Source: an uncultured delta proteobacterium
GTDB lineage: Bacteria > Desulfobacterota > Binatia > UBA9968
Reading direction: 5' to 3'
DNA length: 64,000 bases
Assembly: GCA_963727625.1 (NCBI GenBank)
Contig: CAVSHR010000012.1
Coordinates: 544,001 to 608,000, forward strand
Shown here: piece by piece, positions 32,897 through 42,929 of the stretch
Position numbering within the stretch: the stretch's first letter is position 1
How the letters are laid out: each line of letters opens with the position of its first letter
Made by a program: the position numbers and the translations under genes
The notes under the pieces: model-generated
What the model was told of the DNA's origin: nothing
Database searches by the model: none
The model's input: the letters and a program-made list of their open reading frames with translations, nothing else

Positions 32897-33442
32897 ATGG
32901 TTACAGAGCCGGAACGAAAAAATATCCATCTTTTTACGCTAGGATTGGTGATTGCGCTCATCGGTCTAAATATGGGACTTCTTTCTTCCCTTCCACGAGC
33001 CGCGGCCCAAGACCGGAAGGAAAAGCAACAACCAAAAATCGACGTTTTCAAAATTCTGATCGTCAATGAAAATGCTACGAAAGATGGGCTCGAAAAGGCG
33101 TACACGTTTGCCGGGGTCGTTGTCGATCGCGCCCGCACGGTTAAGCGTAATCAGACGGATGCGGAGGTCAAGGTCACAACTCGGATACCGCAGGGGAAAA
33201 ATCCCGGCCAGCCTTTCGATGTTATATTTCTCCTCCGCCCGAGTTATCTGGAATCCAGCGAGATACTTACTTTCACCTCCTCGTCGGTTGAATCGTGTCG
33301 AGGCTTCCTCAAGACTTTTTTAACGAAAACGCTTTCTCCCAAACGAATTGCCATGGCTTACAAGGGAGCTAAGCTCAAACCTGCCGAATACTTAACGCAA
33401 GATCTAGACGGCAATGGCTGGTTAGCTCCCTGTGCCGGTTAG
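32897..33442 (+). CDS. Hypothetical exported protein upstream of the tct operon
   Basis: AAGGAGG RBS, N-terminal hydrophobic segment. Confidence 0.7.
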   Translation: MVTEPERKNIHLFTLGLVIALIGLNMGLLSSLPRAAAQDRKEKQQPKIDVFKILIVNENATKDGLEKAYTFAGVVVDRARTVKRNQTDAEVKVTTRIPQGKNPGQPFDVIFLLRPSYLESSEILTFTSSSVESCRGFLKTFLTKTLSPKRIAMAYKGAKLKPAEYLTQDLDGNGWLAPCAG

Positions 33443-33486
33443 ACGCAAAAACCGATCAACGTTCATTCCAGAATGGAGGAATTCAA

Positions 33487-34548
33487 ATGTCACGAGAACT
33501 ATCAAGACGGAGATTCTTGAAGCAGGCCGGCACAGCCGCGTTGGCGGTTACCGTTTGTGAACCCTTCATGGGGAAGGCGTTCGCCGCCAAGGGATGTTAT
33601 CCGAGCGGAACCAACGTTCGATGGATTGTCCCCTTCTCACCCGGAGGAGGATACAATGTCTACTCGCGGATGCTCGAGCCATTTTTAGAAGACGAAATCG
33701 GCGCCGAATTCGTCGTCGAAAATATTTCCGGTGCAGGAGGGGGCATCGGCAGCACGCAGATTTTCCAGGCAAAGCCCAACGGTCGCACGGTCGGCATTCT
33801 TAATGCGGGCGGAATCGTCATGGCGGGAATCTCCGGAGAATTGAATTTCACCATCGACCAGTACACGATTTTTGGGCGCATCGTAGACACCCGGCAAGTG
33901 ATCTGCGTCGGGAAACCCACTTATGAAAAGGGTCTTCGAACCATCAAGGATGCGATCAAAACAAAACAGCCACTCCTCTGGGGAGCCACGGGCCCGAGCA
34001 GCAACGGATTTTTTGGCGCCGCTGTCTTAGGCCATATTCTGGGCATCAACCGGAAATTTGTTTCCGGTTACCCCGGGAGCACCGAGGTGACCCTCGCCGC
34101 CACCAAAGGAGAAATAGACCTTATCGAGTTTACATTCTCGTCCATTCAATCGGCAGTGGAGGCCGGCGATGTTATTGTCCTGGCGGTCGTAGGCCAAAAA
34201 GTTCCCGATCATCGGATCTTCAAGGAGAAGAAGATTCCTACAGTCATGGAAGTCGCCAAAATGGTTGGAGCCGACCCCGAGGATGCGTTAGGAGCGGCAG
34301 AGGTCACGGCCGCAGGAAGGGTCATCGCCGGGCCGCCAAACATCCCCTCAAGGATCGCCGACTGCTTTGCCAAAGGCGCCTACCGGGCGATGACTCACCC
34401 CGGTTTCAAGGCGATCGCGAAAGGGGCACGGCGCCCAATCGATCCGATCGGCGCCGACGAGGCTCGAAAGGCCATGCAAAGAGCCGCGAAGGCCGCGCGA
34501 AAGTACAAGGGTATATGGGAACAAGCGGTCAAGGAGCTTGGCACGTAA
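33487..34548 (+). CDS. tctC: Tripartite tricarboxylate transporter binding protein with Tat signal
   Basis: SRRRFLK; VPFSPGGGYNVYSR, VENISGAGG, GYPGS. Confidence 0.88.
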   Translation: MSRELSRRRFLKQAGTAALAVTVCEPFMGKAFAAKGCYPSGTNVRWIVPFSPGGGYNVYSRMLEPFLEDEIGAEFVVENISGAGGGIGSTQIFQAKPNGRTVGILNAGGIVMAGISGELNFTIDQYTIFGRIVDTRQVICVGKPTYEKGLRTIKDAIKTKQPLLWGATGPSSNGFFGAAVLGHILGINRKFVSGYPGSTEVTLAATKGEIDLIEFTFSSIQSAVEAGDVIVLAVVGQKVPDHRIFKEKKIPTVMEVAKMVGADPEDALGAAEVTAAGRVIAGPPNIPSRIADCFAKGAYRAMTHPGFKAIAKGARRPIDPIGADEARKAMQRAAKAARKYKGIWEQAVKELGT

Positions 34549-34653
34549 CCAGGTGGCGGCTCACTCAGCATCACAGACCATTCCGTCACAGAGATTCGCT
34601 GCGTATTCCGACTGCCGAATCCCCGAGAGCAGCGCGGCACGGAAAGGAAAGCC

Positions 34654-36204
34654 TTGTTTGACGCATTCTTAACAAGCTCGAGCATCCTCTTTTTAGGGTA
34701 TTCAACCCTCGGCTTTCTGACGCTGCCGAATTTTCTCATTCCGCTTCTTGGCACCCTCATTGGAATGTTTTTCGGCATCCTTCCCGGTGTCAGCGGGATC
34801 ACGGCAATGGCTCTGCTCATCCCATTTACGTTTTCCTGGGATCTGATTCCAACGATCTTGCTCTTCGGCTCCATCTATGGAGGCGGAACCTATTGCGGCT
34901 CAATCACAGCGATCCTGGTAAACATTCCCGGAACTGCACCGAATGCCGCGACTTGCCTTGACGGCTATCCCATGGCTCGTAAAGGTCAAGCCAAGACGGC
35001 CCTCGGGGCTTCAGCTTCGGCTTCCGCAGTCGGGGCTGCCTTCGGGGTATTCGTCTTAATCGCCATGCTACCGGTCATGCGGGCGACCGTCCTGGCGTTC
35101 GGGCCGGCCGAGTTTTTTATGCTTGCCATCTTGGGTCTCGCGGTCATTGCCGTCGTTTCGGAAGGGAACATGATCAAGGGTCTGGCGGCAGGTGGCATTG
35201 GTCTACTCCTGGCATTTGCCGGACGCGACCCTGTCACCGGAACACTGCGATTTACTTTTGGTTCACTCTACCTGCATGACGGGATACGCTTGATTCCGCT
35301 GTTTCTCGGTATCTTTGCCGTCACTGAAATGATCAGTTTAGCCGCGAGCAGTCGCAAAACCATTTCCGGGATGGAGCGAGTTGAACAGCTCACCGGAAAC
35401 CTCTGGGAAGGAGTTTTCTCAATCTTTCATCACTTCGGCCTCTTTATTCGCAGCTCCATTATAGGAACTATTATCGGAATGATCCCGGGCATTGGAGGGA
35501 CCGTCGCTAGTTTTGTTGCCTACGGCCACGCGGTCCAAAGCGCGAAAGACTCCGGACAATTCGGCAAGGGAGACATTAGAGGCGTCATTGCCCCTGAAGC
35601 CTGCAATGACGCGAAAGACGGAGGCTCCTTAGTGCCGGTTTTAGCTTTTGGTATTCCCGGAAGCGAGGGGGCCGCTTTGGTCCTGGTTGCGCTGATTCTC
35701 CACGGGCTGATTCCCGGCCAGGAACTGATGACCAAGAATCTCCATCTCGCCTTTCTCTTGATCTGGGGGCTTTTTCTCTCGAACCAGCTCACCTCGATTC
35801 TCGGCGTGATGATGATTAATCAAGTGGTCCGGGCCACGATCATCCGGACGCAGCTCTTGGTGCCTTTTATCTTTGTATTGGCCGTGATTGGCGCTTATGC
35901 CGAACGCAAGGCGATCGGTGACGTATTGCTCACTTTCATCTTCGGCGTAGTCGGATATCTGATGAAGAAATACGAATATCCACGAGTCTCTTTGGTCATC
36001 GCCCTTATTCTTGGAGAACTCTTTGAGGTCAACTTCCGCCAAGCCATGAGGCTCCATGAATTCGGCCGGCTGGATTTCTTCGACCGGCCAATCTTTCTTG
36101 GATTGGTTGCGTTTACTATACTAAGCTTGCTTTATCCCGTTTATCGAGCATGGCGGCGCAAAGGCAGAACAGATGTCCGCCCCCACCTTGCCGGTAAAAC
36201 TTAG
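34654..36204 (+). CDS. tctA: Tripartite tricarboxylate transporter permease
   Basis: GILPGV, ILVNIPGT, DGYPMA, APEACND, FGIPG. Confidence 0.93.
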   Translation: MFDAFLTSSSILFLGYSTLGFLTLPNFLIPLLGTLIGMFFGILPGVSGITAMALLIPFTFSWDLIPTILLFGSIYGGGTYCGSITAILVNIPGTAPNAATCLDGYPMARKGQAKTALGASASASAVGAAFGVFVLIAMLPVMRATVLAFGPAEFFMLAILGLAVIAVVSEGNMIKGLAAGGIGLLLAFAGRDPVTGTLRFTFGSLYLHDGIRLIPLFLGIFAVTEMISLAASSRKTISGMERVEQLTGNLWEGVFSIFHHFGLFIRSSIIGTIIGMIPGIGGTVASFVAYGHAVQSAKDSGQFGKGDIRGVIAPEACNDAKDGGSLVPVLAFGIPGSEGAALVLVALILHGLIPGQELMTKNLHLAFLLIWGLFLSNQLTSILGVMMINQVVRATIIRTQLLVPFIFVLAVIGAYAERKAIGDVLLTFIFGVVGYLMKKYEYPRVSLVIALILGELFEVNFRQAMRLHEFGRLDFFDRPIFLGLVAFTILSLLYPVYRAWRRKGRTDVRPHLAGKT

Positions 36205-36736
36205 CGTCGCGGGTTCGAGGTCAGTGTTGTTTCAGATTACAGGCCGAACATTATTTACCTTTGCCGCGCTTCTATTTGTCGCGCTCGTGTTATGGCTTTC
36301 AGCAAGTTACCCGCCACGGGCACGGCAAGTGCCTGAAGTCGTGGGCTGGTTTTCGCTGATTTGTCTCATCATCCAGCTCGTCCTGGACAGCTCACCTCAG
36401 CTGGCGGCACGACGGGATCGCTTGCGATCAAACCAATTCTTTTCTATCGACGAACAAGTCCGCGAGGCGCGTTCCACCGGCGAGGCAGAAAGCCGCTTGG
36501 AAGTTATCGCCTTTTTTTGGCTCGCGTTCCTCCTTGTCGGTCTAGTGCTGCTGGGCTTTCTGGTGTTCATTCCCATCTACATTCTTTGCTATCTGCGTTA
36601 TCAGGCTGAGCAGACATGGTTCAAATCAGCCCTTTGCGCGGGAGCAACTTGGTTGTTCGTGGACCTTCTCTTCGTTCGCTTGTTTGAAATTCGCCTATAC
36701 GGCGGCATCATCCTTGAGAGATTTTTTGATCTATAA
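36173..36736 (+). CDS. tctB: TctB-family small membrane subunit
   Basis: About four TM segments, follows tctA. Confidence 0.75.
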   Translation: MSAPTLPVKLSVAGSRSVLFQITGRTLFTFAALLFVALVLWLSASYPPRARQVPEVVGWFSLICLIIQLVLDSSPQLAARRDRLRSNQFFSIDEQVREARSTGEAESRLEVIAFFWLAFLLVGLVLLGFLVFIPIYILCYLRYQAEQTWFKSALCAGATWLFVDLLFVRLFEIRLYGGIILERFFDL

Positions 36737-36970
36737 GCGGCTCCTTCTCGGATCGTCCAACGAACCCAACCTTTGAATATCCCCGATGAATTCTCGGAGG
36801 AAAGAATCCAGGCCTGGGAGGAATTGGACGGCTATCCACACGCCTTGGACCATCGGGAGGCTTTCCTCTTGTCGCAATTGAGTCAAGGGGCGCTGGATGG
36901 GGCCGTTTCTTTCCAGGCCAGCATCGATTTCGAGCGGACAAGGGCGCTGTTGCATGAGGACAGCTTGTGA
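36736..36970 (+). pseudogene. Internal fragment of a paralog of 29779..30747
   Basis: NIPDEFSEERIQAWEELDGYPHALD...LLHEDSL matches about 30202..30425 with many synonymous changes. Confidence 0.85.
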
Positions 36971-37103
36971 TCACAACCGCGGGTTGATGCGATTGTTAGA
37001 CCAGATCCCGCAACCGCTGATAGTTCCTCAATGTTGCGGCGCAAGACCCCGATTCTTTCTTTCGCGCCAATCCCTGCGCGCCGGACAGAACTTCGGAACA
37101 TAT

Positions 37104-38480
37104 TTAATCAACGGTGGAGCCGCGCCCTCCCGGTATCAGCGAGAACACCAGGAGGTTGGCGAATACACCGATGACCAGCCCGGCGATGTGTCCCGGTTGG
37201 CCCAGCATATTATCCCATATCAGCGCGGCGCAGATGCCGGCCAAGCCACCGGCGACGAACCCGGAAACTCCCTTGCGGTAGCCGTAGATCGCCGCGATCA
37301 ACGGCACCAGGACCACCGGCGCCCAATAGGTGTAGGCGTAGATGAGGATGTCGAGGATGCTCTCGATCGCCAGGGCGAAGATGATCGAAAGAACCCCGAC
37401 CGTGAAGGTGACGGCTTTGGCTAGCAGCAGCGAGCGCCGCGCGGCGAGGGGCTCGGAACTCAACGGCTGAACTACATCGTTGATGAACGCGATCGACGCC
37501 GAGTTGAGAAAGGAATCCGCCGACGACATGACGATCGATATGACCGCGGCGATGACCAGACCCTTGAGCACCGGGGGCATAACCGTAACAACGACCTGCG
37601 CCATCGCGAGGTTGGGGTTTTGGGTCGGATCCATGGCGAGCGCCACCAGCCCGATCAGACCGGTAACGGCGAAAAACGGGATGGAAAACAGCCCGGAATA
37701 GAACGTGCCGCGCGCCGCCTCATTCGCGGACTTGCCAATACACAGCCGCTGAACATAGGGCGGCACCAGGGTTTCACCGAACATGAACACCAGGAAGAGC
37801 GCGAGCATTTCGATCCAGGTAAAGTTCCCGCTCGGAACCGTTAATCGGTCGGGCGGCACTGCGGCAATCAACGCATCGAGGCCGCCCACGTAGCTCACGC
37901 CGAAAATTAGGACGAGCGGCATCCCGATGGCCAGGATCGCGAATTGAAACAGGTCGGTGACCACCACCGCCCGCATGCCACCGAACGTCGTGTAGAGTAT
38001 GACGATGCCGCAGCCGAGCCCGATGCCCCAAATCCTATCCATTCCATAGAAGACGTTGAATACGATCCCCATGGCTCCGACTTGGGCGCCGACGATGCCT
38101 GCGCAAAGGAACAGCGCGCACAAGCCGGTGATCACGCGCCCGACCTTGCCGTAGGCGGTCGCCATGACGTCGCCGACCGATATGGCGCTGGGGAAATGGA
38201 CGAATTTCGGCGCAATGTAGCGCGCCACTAGAAGCTCTTTCAGGCTGAAGCCCCACAGGCCGATGATGTTGACGATGCCGAAGCGAAAGACCTTCTCGGC
38301 GTTGCCGGTGGAAAAGCCGCCGCCGATGAAGGATGCCGATAAGGTCGCGAATATGACCCACGCGCCGTAGGACCGTCCGACGACCGCGTATTCTTCAAGA
38401 TTTTCCGGCCCTCGCCCTCCCCAGAGGCCAATCAAAAGTATAAACCCCAGGTAAACGGCAACGATGATTGTATCGATCAT
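37104..38480 (-). CDS. Sodium:solute symporter family protein
   Basis: YTTFGGMRAVVVTDLFQ, YVQR, MSSADSFLN. Confidence 0.93.
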   Translation of the reverse strand: MIDTIIVAVYLGFILLIGLWGGRGPENLEEYAVVGRSYGAWVIFATLSASFIGGGFSTGNAEKVFRFGIVNIIGLWGFSLKELLVARYIAPKFVHFPSAISVGDVMATAYGKVGRVITGLCALFLCAGIVGAQVGAMGIVFNVFYGMDRIWGIGLGCGIVILYTTFGGMRAVVVTDLFQFAILAIGMPLVLIFGVSYVGGLDALIAAVPPDRLTVPSGNFTWIEMLALFLVFMFGETLVPPYVQRLCIGKSANEAARGTFYSGLFSIPFFAVTGLIGLVALAMDPTQNPNLAMAQVVVTVMPPVLKGLVIAAVISIVMSSADSFLNSASIAFINDVVQPLSSEPLAARRSLLLAKAVTFTVGVLSIIFALAIESILDILIYAYTYWAPVVLVPLIAAIYGYRKGVSGFVAGGLAGICAALIWDNMLGQPGHIAGLVIGVFANLLVFSLIPGGRGSTVD

Positions 38481-38881
38481 GGGCTGCTATCCCCCCGTAC
38501 ATTCCGCGCCTGCTCACCAGCTAAACTGCGAACAAGCGGTTAACTTGACGCGAAGCAACGCCACCATTTGGCGGAGTAAATGCCATGGCGGTTTCGCTCT
38601 CCAAACGACCAGGGTAGAGAGTGATAGAATTGACGGTTATAAATTTGTCCGCAGTATACGGGCCTGGCACTTTGTGAACAAGGGAGTTTTTTCATAGATA
38701 GCGGCAAAATCGTGATCGTGAAACCTGCGCGTAAGCGTGGAGGGAGATTGTGGGAGGAAAACCACCGTGATCGTCCTCGTGCTCGCTGTCACGTTGGACT
38801 CCGGGATACGCGCGAGCTGGTTTGTCGTGTCGCGTGTTGAATTGCTACATTCTCGATCACAAGCCTGGTCTCAATCTTCTT

Positions 38882-38990
38882 GGTTGATCATCAATGCGGT
38901 TCCCGCCCGAAAACATGATTTTCGTTTTTGTTTTTTCCATGCCTGAGGCTGGTGACTGTTCCGACAGAAAGTCGGGATGTAAAAGTCAGA
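38882..38990. repeat. Intergenic element, copy 2
   Basis: Colinear similarity to 32300..32410. Confidence 0.7.
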
Positions 38991-39083
38991 CCCCCCGAGA
39001 TCCCAGATTGGTACAGACGCAGGACCGGACCACGTCATTAGCAAAGATTCGACAGATTGCTTCGGGAATCGCTATCGCAGCAA

Positions 39084-39317
39084 TCACTTCCGTTCAAGGA
39101 CGTGAATATAGAGATCGGTCGTGCCTTCTTTTTCCGTGCGCTGCTCTTTGAGGATGGCGGTTTTGCTGCTCTGCGCCCAACCTTTGAAGTCCGGCATCGA
39201 GCCAGGGTCGGTCGAAATCACCTCCAGCAGTTCGCCGGGCTGCATCAGGTCGACTTCTTTTTTGGCTTTTACAATCGGGATGGGGCATTTGGCGCCCCGG
39301 ACGTCCAGCTTTTTCAT
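39084..39317 (-). CDS. tusA: TusA/SirA sulfurtransferase, duplicate copy
   Basis: LDVRGAKCPIP, TDPGS; 72/77 aa identical to 41514..41747; no SD upstream. Confidence 0.8.
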   Translation of the reverse strand: MKKLDVRGAKCPIPIVKAKKEVDLMQPGELLEVISTDPGSMPDFKGWAQSSKTAILKEQRTEKEGTTDLYIHVLERK

Positions 39318-39487
39318 GAGCAAGAAAAGGGAGAGCAAGAAAAGGGGATAAGTCCAATTTCGAGCGCCCGGTTCAGACATACGTAACTAGACAAGCCTAA
39401 TTTTAAAACCATGAAGGACTTCGGGAATGCATTACGCTAAGAGTCGATCTTTGTTACACCTCGCTCCTTCAGCGCGCCAAGCTTGCT

Positions 39488-40477
39488 TCACCGCCCTTCG
39501 TAAACCTTGGAGATGAAACCCTCGCTTTCCAGCTCGGAGACAAGACTTCGGTCAATGAAATCTTCAATCTTTAAGTGACCGGCCTGGGGCACGGTTGCCG
39601 AGAGCCGCTTAAGGGCGACACCCAAGACTTTTGGATTTGGCGAGGGAATTGTTTCGTGGACTGATTTGTAAACCTCGAAGGTCTTGTCGAGGATTGATCG
39701 ATCACTGGTTTTGAGAAATTTTCGCATCACTTTAATAGTGAATTCCTTATCGGTCTTTGCCGTTTTGATGCCTTCGATCCAGCCCCGAAGAAATCTCTTA
39801 ACGATGTCTCTCTTAGCGGAAAGAAACGGTCGACTGACAACGATAGTGCTTCCGGGATACCGAATCGGCAGCTGGCTGAGATCGATCACCTTGTGAAAGC
39901 CGAGCTTTTCGGCTTCAAAAGCAGTGTCGCCTGCCACGATCGCACCATCGACGGCGCCGACCTTAAGAGCGCCGAGCCGCTGCGGCAATCCGCCGGTTTG
40001 AATAACCGCAACGTCGCGATCAGGTACGAGATTGTAGTACCGCAATGCTTCGCGCAATACCAAATCCGAGAGCGAACCATAACGGTCGCTGCCGATCTTT
40101 TTTCCTTTCAGATCCTCGGGCTTTTTTATTGAACCACGAGTCATGACGACGTGCAGCAATCGATTCGATGTCACGCCGACCGTAACCAGCTCTGCGCCGC
40201 GAGCCCACGCAGCTAGTGCCGGAGCCGAGCTCATGTTGGCGACGTCGACCTGCCCTGACAAAATCGCCGGGATAATTACGGAGCCCGCCGAAATATAAAT
40301 CAGTTGTACGTCCAGTCCATATTTCTTGAAAAAGCCGGCCTGATCGGCGATCCAGAGTGGCGCATAGGTAGGTGACAACGCAGCGAACGGAACTCTGAGG
40401 CTCTGCGCAGAGCCGGGGACTGCACTGTAAAAGAAACAAATAAAGACTAATACCGTTTTGAGTTTCGACCTAAACAT
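39488..40477 (-). CDS. ABC substrate-binding protein (NMT1/SsuA-like)
   Basis: Signal peptide, GFFKKYGLDV, DLKGKKIG, KRFLRG. Confidence 0.88.
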   Translation of the reverse strand: MFRSKLKTVLVFICFFYSAVPGSAQSLRVPFAALSPTYAPLWIADQAGFFKKYGLDVQLIYISAGSVIIPAILSGQVDVANMSSAPALAAWARGAELVTVGVTSNRLLHVVMTRGSIKKPEDLKGKKIGSDRYGSLSDLVLREALRYYNLVPDRDVAVIQTGGLPQRLGALKVGAVDGAIVAGDTAFEAEKLGFHKVIDLSQLPIRYPGSTIVVSRPFLSAKRDIVKRFLRGWIEGIKTAKTDKEFTIKVMRKFLKTSDRSILDKTFEVYKSVHETIPSPNPKVLGVALKRLSATVPQAGHLKIEDFIDRSLVSELESEGFISKVYEGR

Positions 40478-40492
40478 TCTCGGGTCCTTTGT

Positions 40493-41116
40493 TCAGCTGC
40501 CCGACGCCCGTTGCAACGCGATATCTTCCGAAACCAGCCGGAGATCTTCGGAGCGGGACACCGTCACATTGAAATTATACGCGTTGGAGCGGAACTGATG
40601 CAGGGCAAATGGTTGGGACTGCGGGTGAACGCCGTGGATGCAATCTTCCGGCACGATGCTGTAGTAATTTCTGATGTGAAACCCGATCACCGCATGATAG
40701 ACACAGTTGCTCGAACCTATACCGGTAACGATGATCTTATCTCGACAAGGGCGAAGATCCAGCCTTTGCAAAGTCGCCTCCATCGACGTCTTGTAAAAGC
40801 AATCGTGCGAGGATTTCTGAACAATGTTCTCCCCTGGCACCGGCTTTAGCTCCTCGACGAAATCAGCGCCCGGACTGCCAAGCAACAAGCCAAAAGGCCG
40901 CCCAAAGACGCTAAACTCAGGATGGTCCTTGGTACGGACGGATTGCACGTGAATGATCTTTCCGTTGATCTCCCGAAAGCGATCGAGCAGGCGACGGATA
41001 TTGGTAATTACGGGCTTGACGCCGGGGCCATGCCGTTCGCACCCTTCCACCTGCATGTCAATAATGATCAAGCCCGTCGACTCGGGATGCAAGTTGATCT
41101 TGGTTCCGTTTTCCAT
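40493..41116 (-). CDS. Isochorismatase/cysteine hydrolase family protein
   Basis: LIIIDMQ, QKSSHDCF, VTGIGSSNCV (D-K-C triad); start taken at MENGTK with RBS. Confidence 0.85.
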   Translation of the reverse strand: MENGTKINLHPESTGLIIIDMQVEGCERHGPGVKPVITNIRRLLDRFREINGKIIHVQSVRTKDHPEFSVFGRPFGLLLGSPGADFVEELKPVPGENIVQKSSHDCFYKTSMEATLQRLDLRPCRDKIIVTGIGSSNCVYHAVIGFHIRNYYSIVPEDCIHGVHPQSQPFALHQFRSNAYNFNVTVSRSEDLRLVSEDIALQRASGS

Positions 41117-41513
41117 TTGCCAATCCTTTCTTACATCGGTTGTCGGCGAGTATTTCACAGGGCGTTTTACCTTGTCAAAGCATCGGGGTGCCACCCGGTT
41201 TTGGTATGACCCTTCCATAGGCGGGCGAGCCGGGCCGCTTTGATATTCTCCTATTCTTGCGTATAACGGCTTGAACAGTGAACACTCTCCGGCTTCTGAC
41301 ATGTTTGAATCACACAACCTAATTGTTCGCCGGATTTGTTGGGCGAAATCGCTGCTGAAGATTTTTACGCATGCGGGACACCAATAGGGTCGCGTCATTA
41401 CTTTTGCTGTTTTACCGTGACAGGTTCGCGATGACGCCGGACACCACCCATCGCTATTAACAAAAGTTCCGCAGAGTGTCTCGCGTGATTCTATCGCAGC
41501 GATTTCCCGTGGT

Positions 41514-41747
41514 TCACTTGCGTTCGAGAACGTGAATATAGAGATCCGCGGCGCCTTCTTTTTCTGTGCGCTGCTCTTTGAGGATGGCGGTCTTGCTGGT
41601 CTGGGCCCAACCTTTGAAATCCGGCATGGAACCTGGATCGGTGGAGGTTACTTCGAGGAGTTCGCCGGGCTGCATTTGGTCGACTTCCTTTTTCGCCTTC
41701 ACGATCGGGATGGGGCACTTCGCGCCTCTGACGTCCAGTTTTTTCAT
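41514..41747 (-). CDS. tusA: TusA/SirA sulfurtransferase
   Basis: CPxP motif, AGGAGG RBS, last gene of the sulfur operon. Confidence 0.92.
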   Translation of the reverse strand: MKKLDVRGAKCPIPIVKAKKEVDQMQPGELLEVTSTDPGSMPDFKGWAQTSKTAILKEQRTEKEGAADLYIHVLERK

Positions 41748-41761
41748 ATGATGTTTACCTC

Positions 41762-42919
41762 CTAAGCTTCTGCGTAGCCCGCACTGGCGGCGCATTGGTT
41801 CTTGCCCAACTCCCACTCGACCGCGCGCTCGGGTTCAGTATTGCTCTTGCCCAGATTCACGTCGATGATCTCGGCATATTCCGGCGGCGGCGTGCGGACC
41901 GCCTGTTTCATCGCTTCGGTGAACGCCGCGGGGTCCGAGACTTTGAGCTCGGGCAAATTGCGGCGCAGGTCGCCGAGGGTCGCCGACACGACGCCATCGG
42001 AACCGATCTCGGAGATATCGGTATAGTGGGCCGGCAGGACGGTGGTCGATTCGTCGAGCCGGGCGATGCGCTCGTTCAATGTTCGGAAGAGTTCGCGCGA
42101 CCATTCGACCACGTGTCCACCCAGGTCCGGCCGTCCGACGGATTTTTTGAAGAGCGTATCGCCGCTCAACAGGTAACGATCGGCAACGAGGTAACACACC
42201 GAGCCGGGCGTATGGCCAGGCGATGCGAGTATGCGAATCGAAGTTTTGCCAAACCGAATTTTGTCACCGTCTTTCAGAGAACTGGTTTTTTGCATGAGAT
42301 CGAAGCCGGCGCCGGCGCTGACAAAATAGTCCGCGCCCAGCTTGGCGGCAAGTGCTGGTCCGCCGCTGATGTGGTCGGCATGAACATGGGTGTCGAGCAC
42401 GTGGGCGAGCCGTGCACCCGACCGAGCGAGAAACGACTCGTAGGCTTCCGCGGCGCGCGATGGATCGACGACGACCGCTTCGCCGCCCGAGACGATGGCG
42501 TAGGACAGGCAGCCTTTGCCGCGCCGATTGAACTGCCAGATCGCGAAAGCTTCCTGCTCCGATTGCCGCACCGGCACTTTGACCGGTGCGAGATATTCCC
42601 CGTAAGCGATCATGCCGCCGACCAGATTGCGCGTCGGCACGCCCGCGCCGCGCAGGATCTCCGCGACCATTTCGGACGAGCCGCCTTTGGCACAGACGGC
42701 GATGACCTCGCCCTGATGCTGCGGCAGGCGCGCCAGCGCAGACTGTTCGTCTTCAATGAAGTCGAAGTAGGGAATGTGCGCGACTTCGAAATGACGCCGT
42801 CCCTCGATTTTCCAGCTCTCGTACTCGTCGTCGTTCCTGACGTCGAGCACCATCAGCGGCTCGCCGGCGTCCACTTTCGCCAGCAGCTCGCCTACTTCGA
42901 CCTCGTGCTCCGTTGCCAT
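41762..42919 (-). CDS. Rhodanese + MBL-fold protein (YrkH/persulfide dioxygenase-like)
   Basis: LDVR, VCAKGGSS, THVHADHISG, PGHTPGS, SGDTLF, LPAH. Confidence 0.9.
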   Translation of the reverse strand: MATEHEVEVGELLAKVDAGEPLMVLDVRNDDEYESWKIEGRRHFEVAHIPYFDFIEDEQSALARLPQHQGEVIAVCAKGGSSEMVAEILRGAGVPTRNLVGGMIAYGEYLAPVKVPVRQSEQEAFAIWQFNRRGKGCLSYAIVSGGEAVVVDPSRAAEAYESFLARSGARLAHVLDTHVHADHISGGPALAAKLGADYFVSAGAGFDLMQKTSSLKDGDKIRFGKTSIRILASPGHTPGSVCYLVADRYLLSGDTLFKKSVGRPDLGGHVVEWSRELFRTLNERIARLDESTTVLPAHYTDISEIGSDGVVSATLGDLRRNLPELKVSDPAAFTEAMKQAVRTPPPEYAEIIDVNLGKSNTEPERAVEWELGKNQCAASAGYAEA

Positions 42920-42929
42920 ATCGCGATCT

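Noticed and set aside
36736-36970. Possible DGR template/variable repeat pair with 30202..30425
   Set aside because: Differences involve all bases and many are synonymous rather than adenine-specific; no reverse transcriptase in the window
39084-39086. TGA stops of the tusA copies as possible Sec codons
   Set aside because: They fall at the normal family C-terminus and do not align with a conserved Cys
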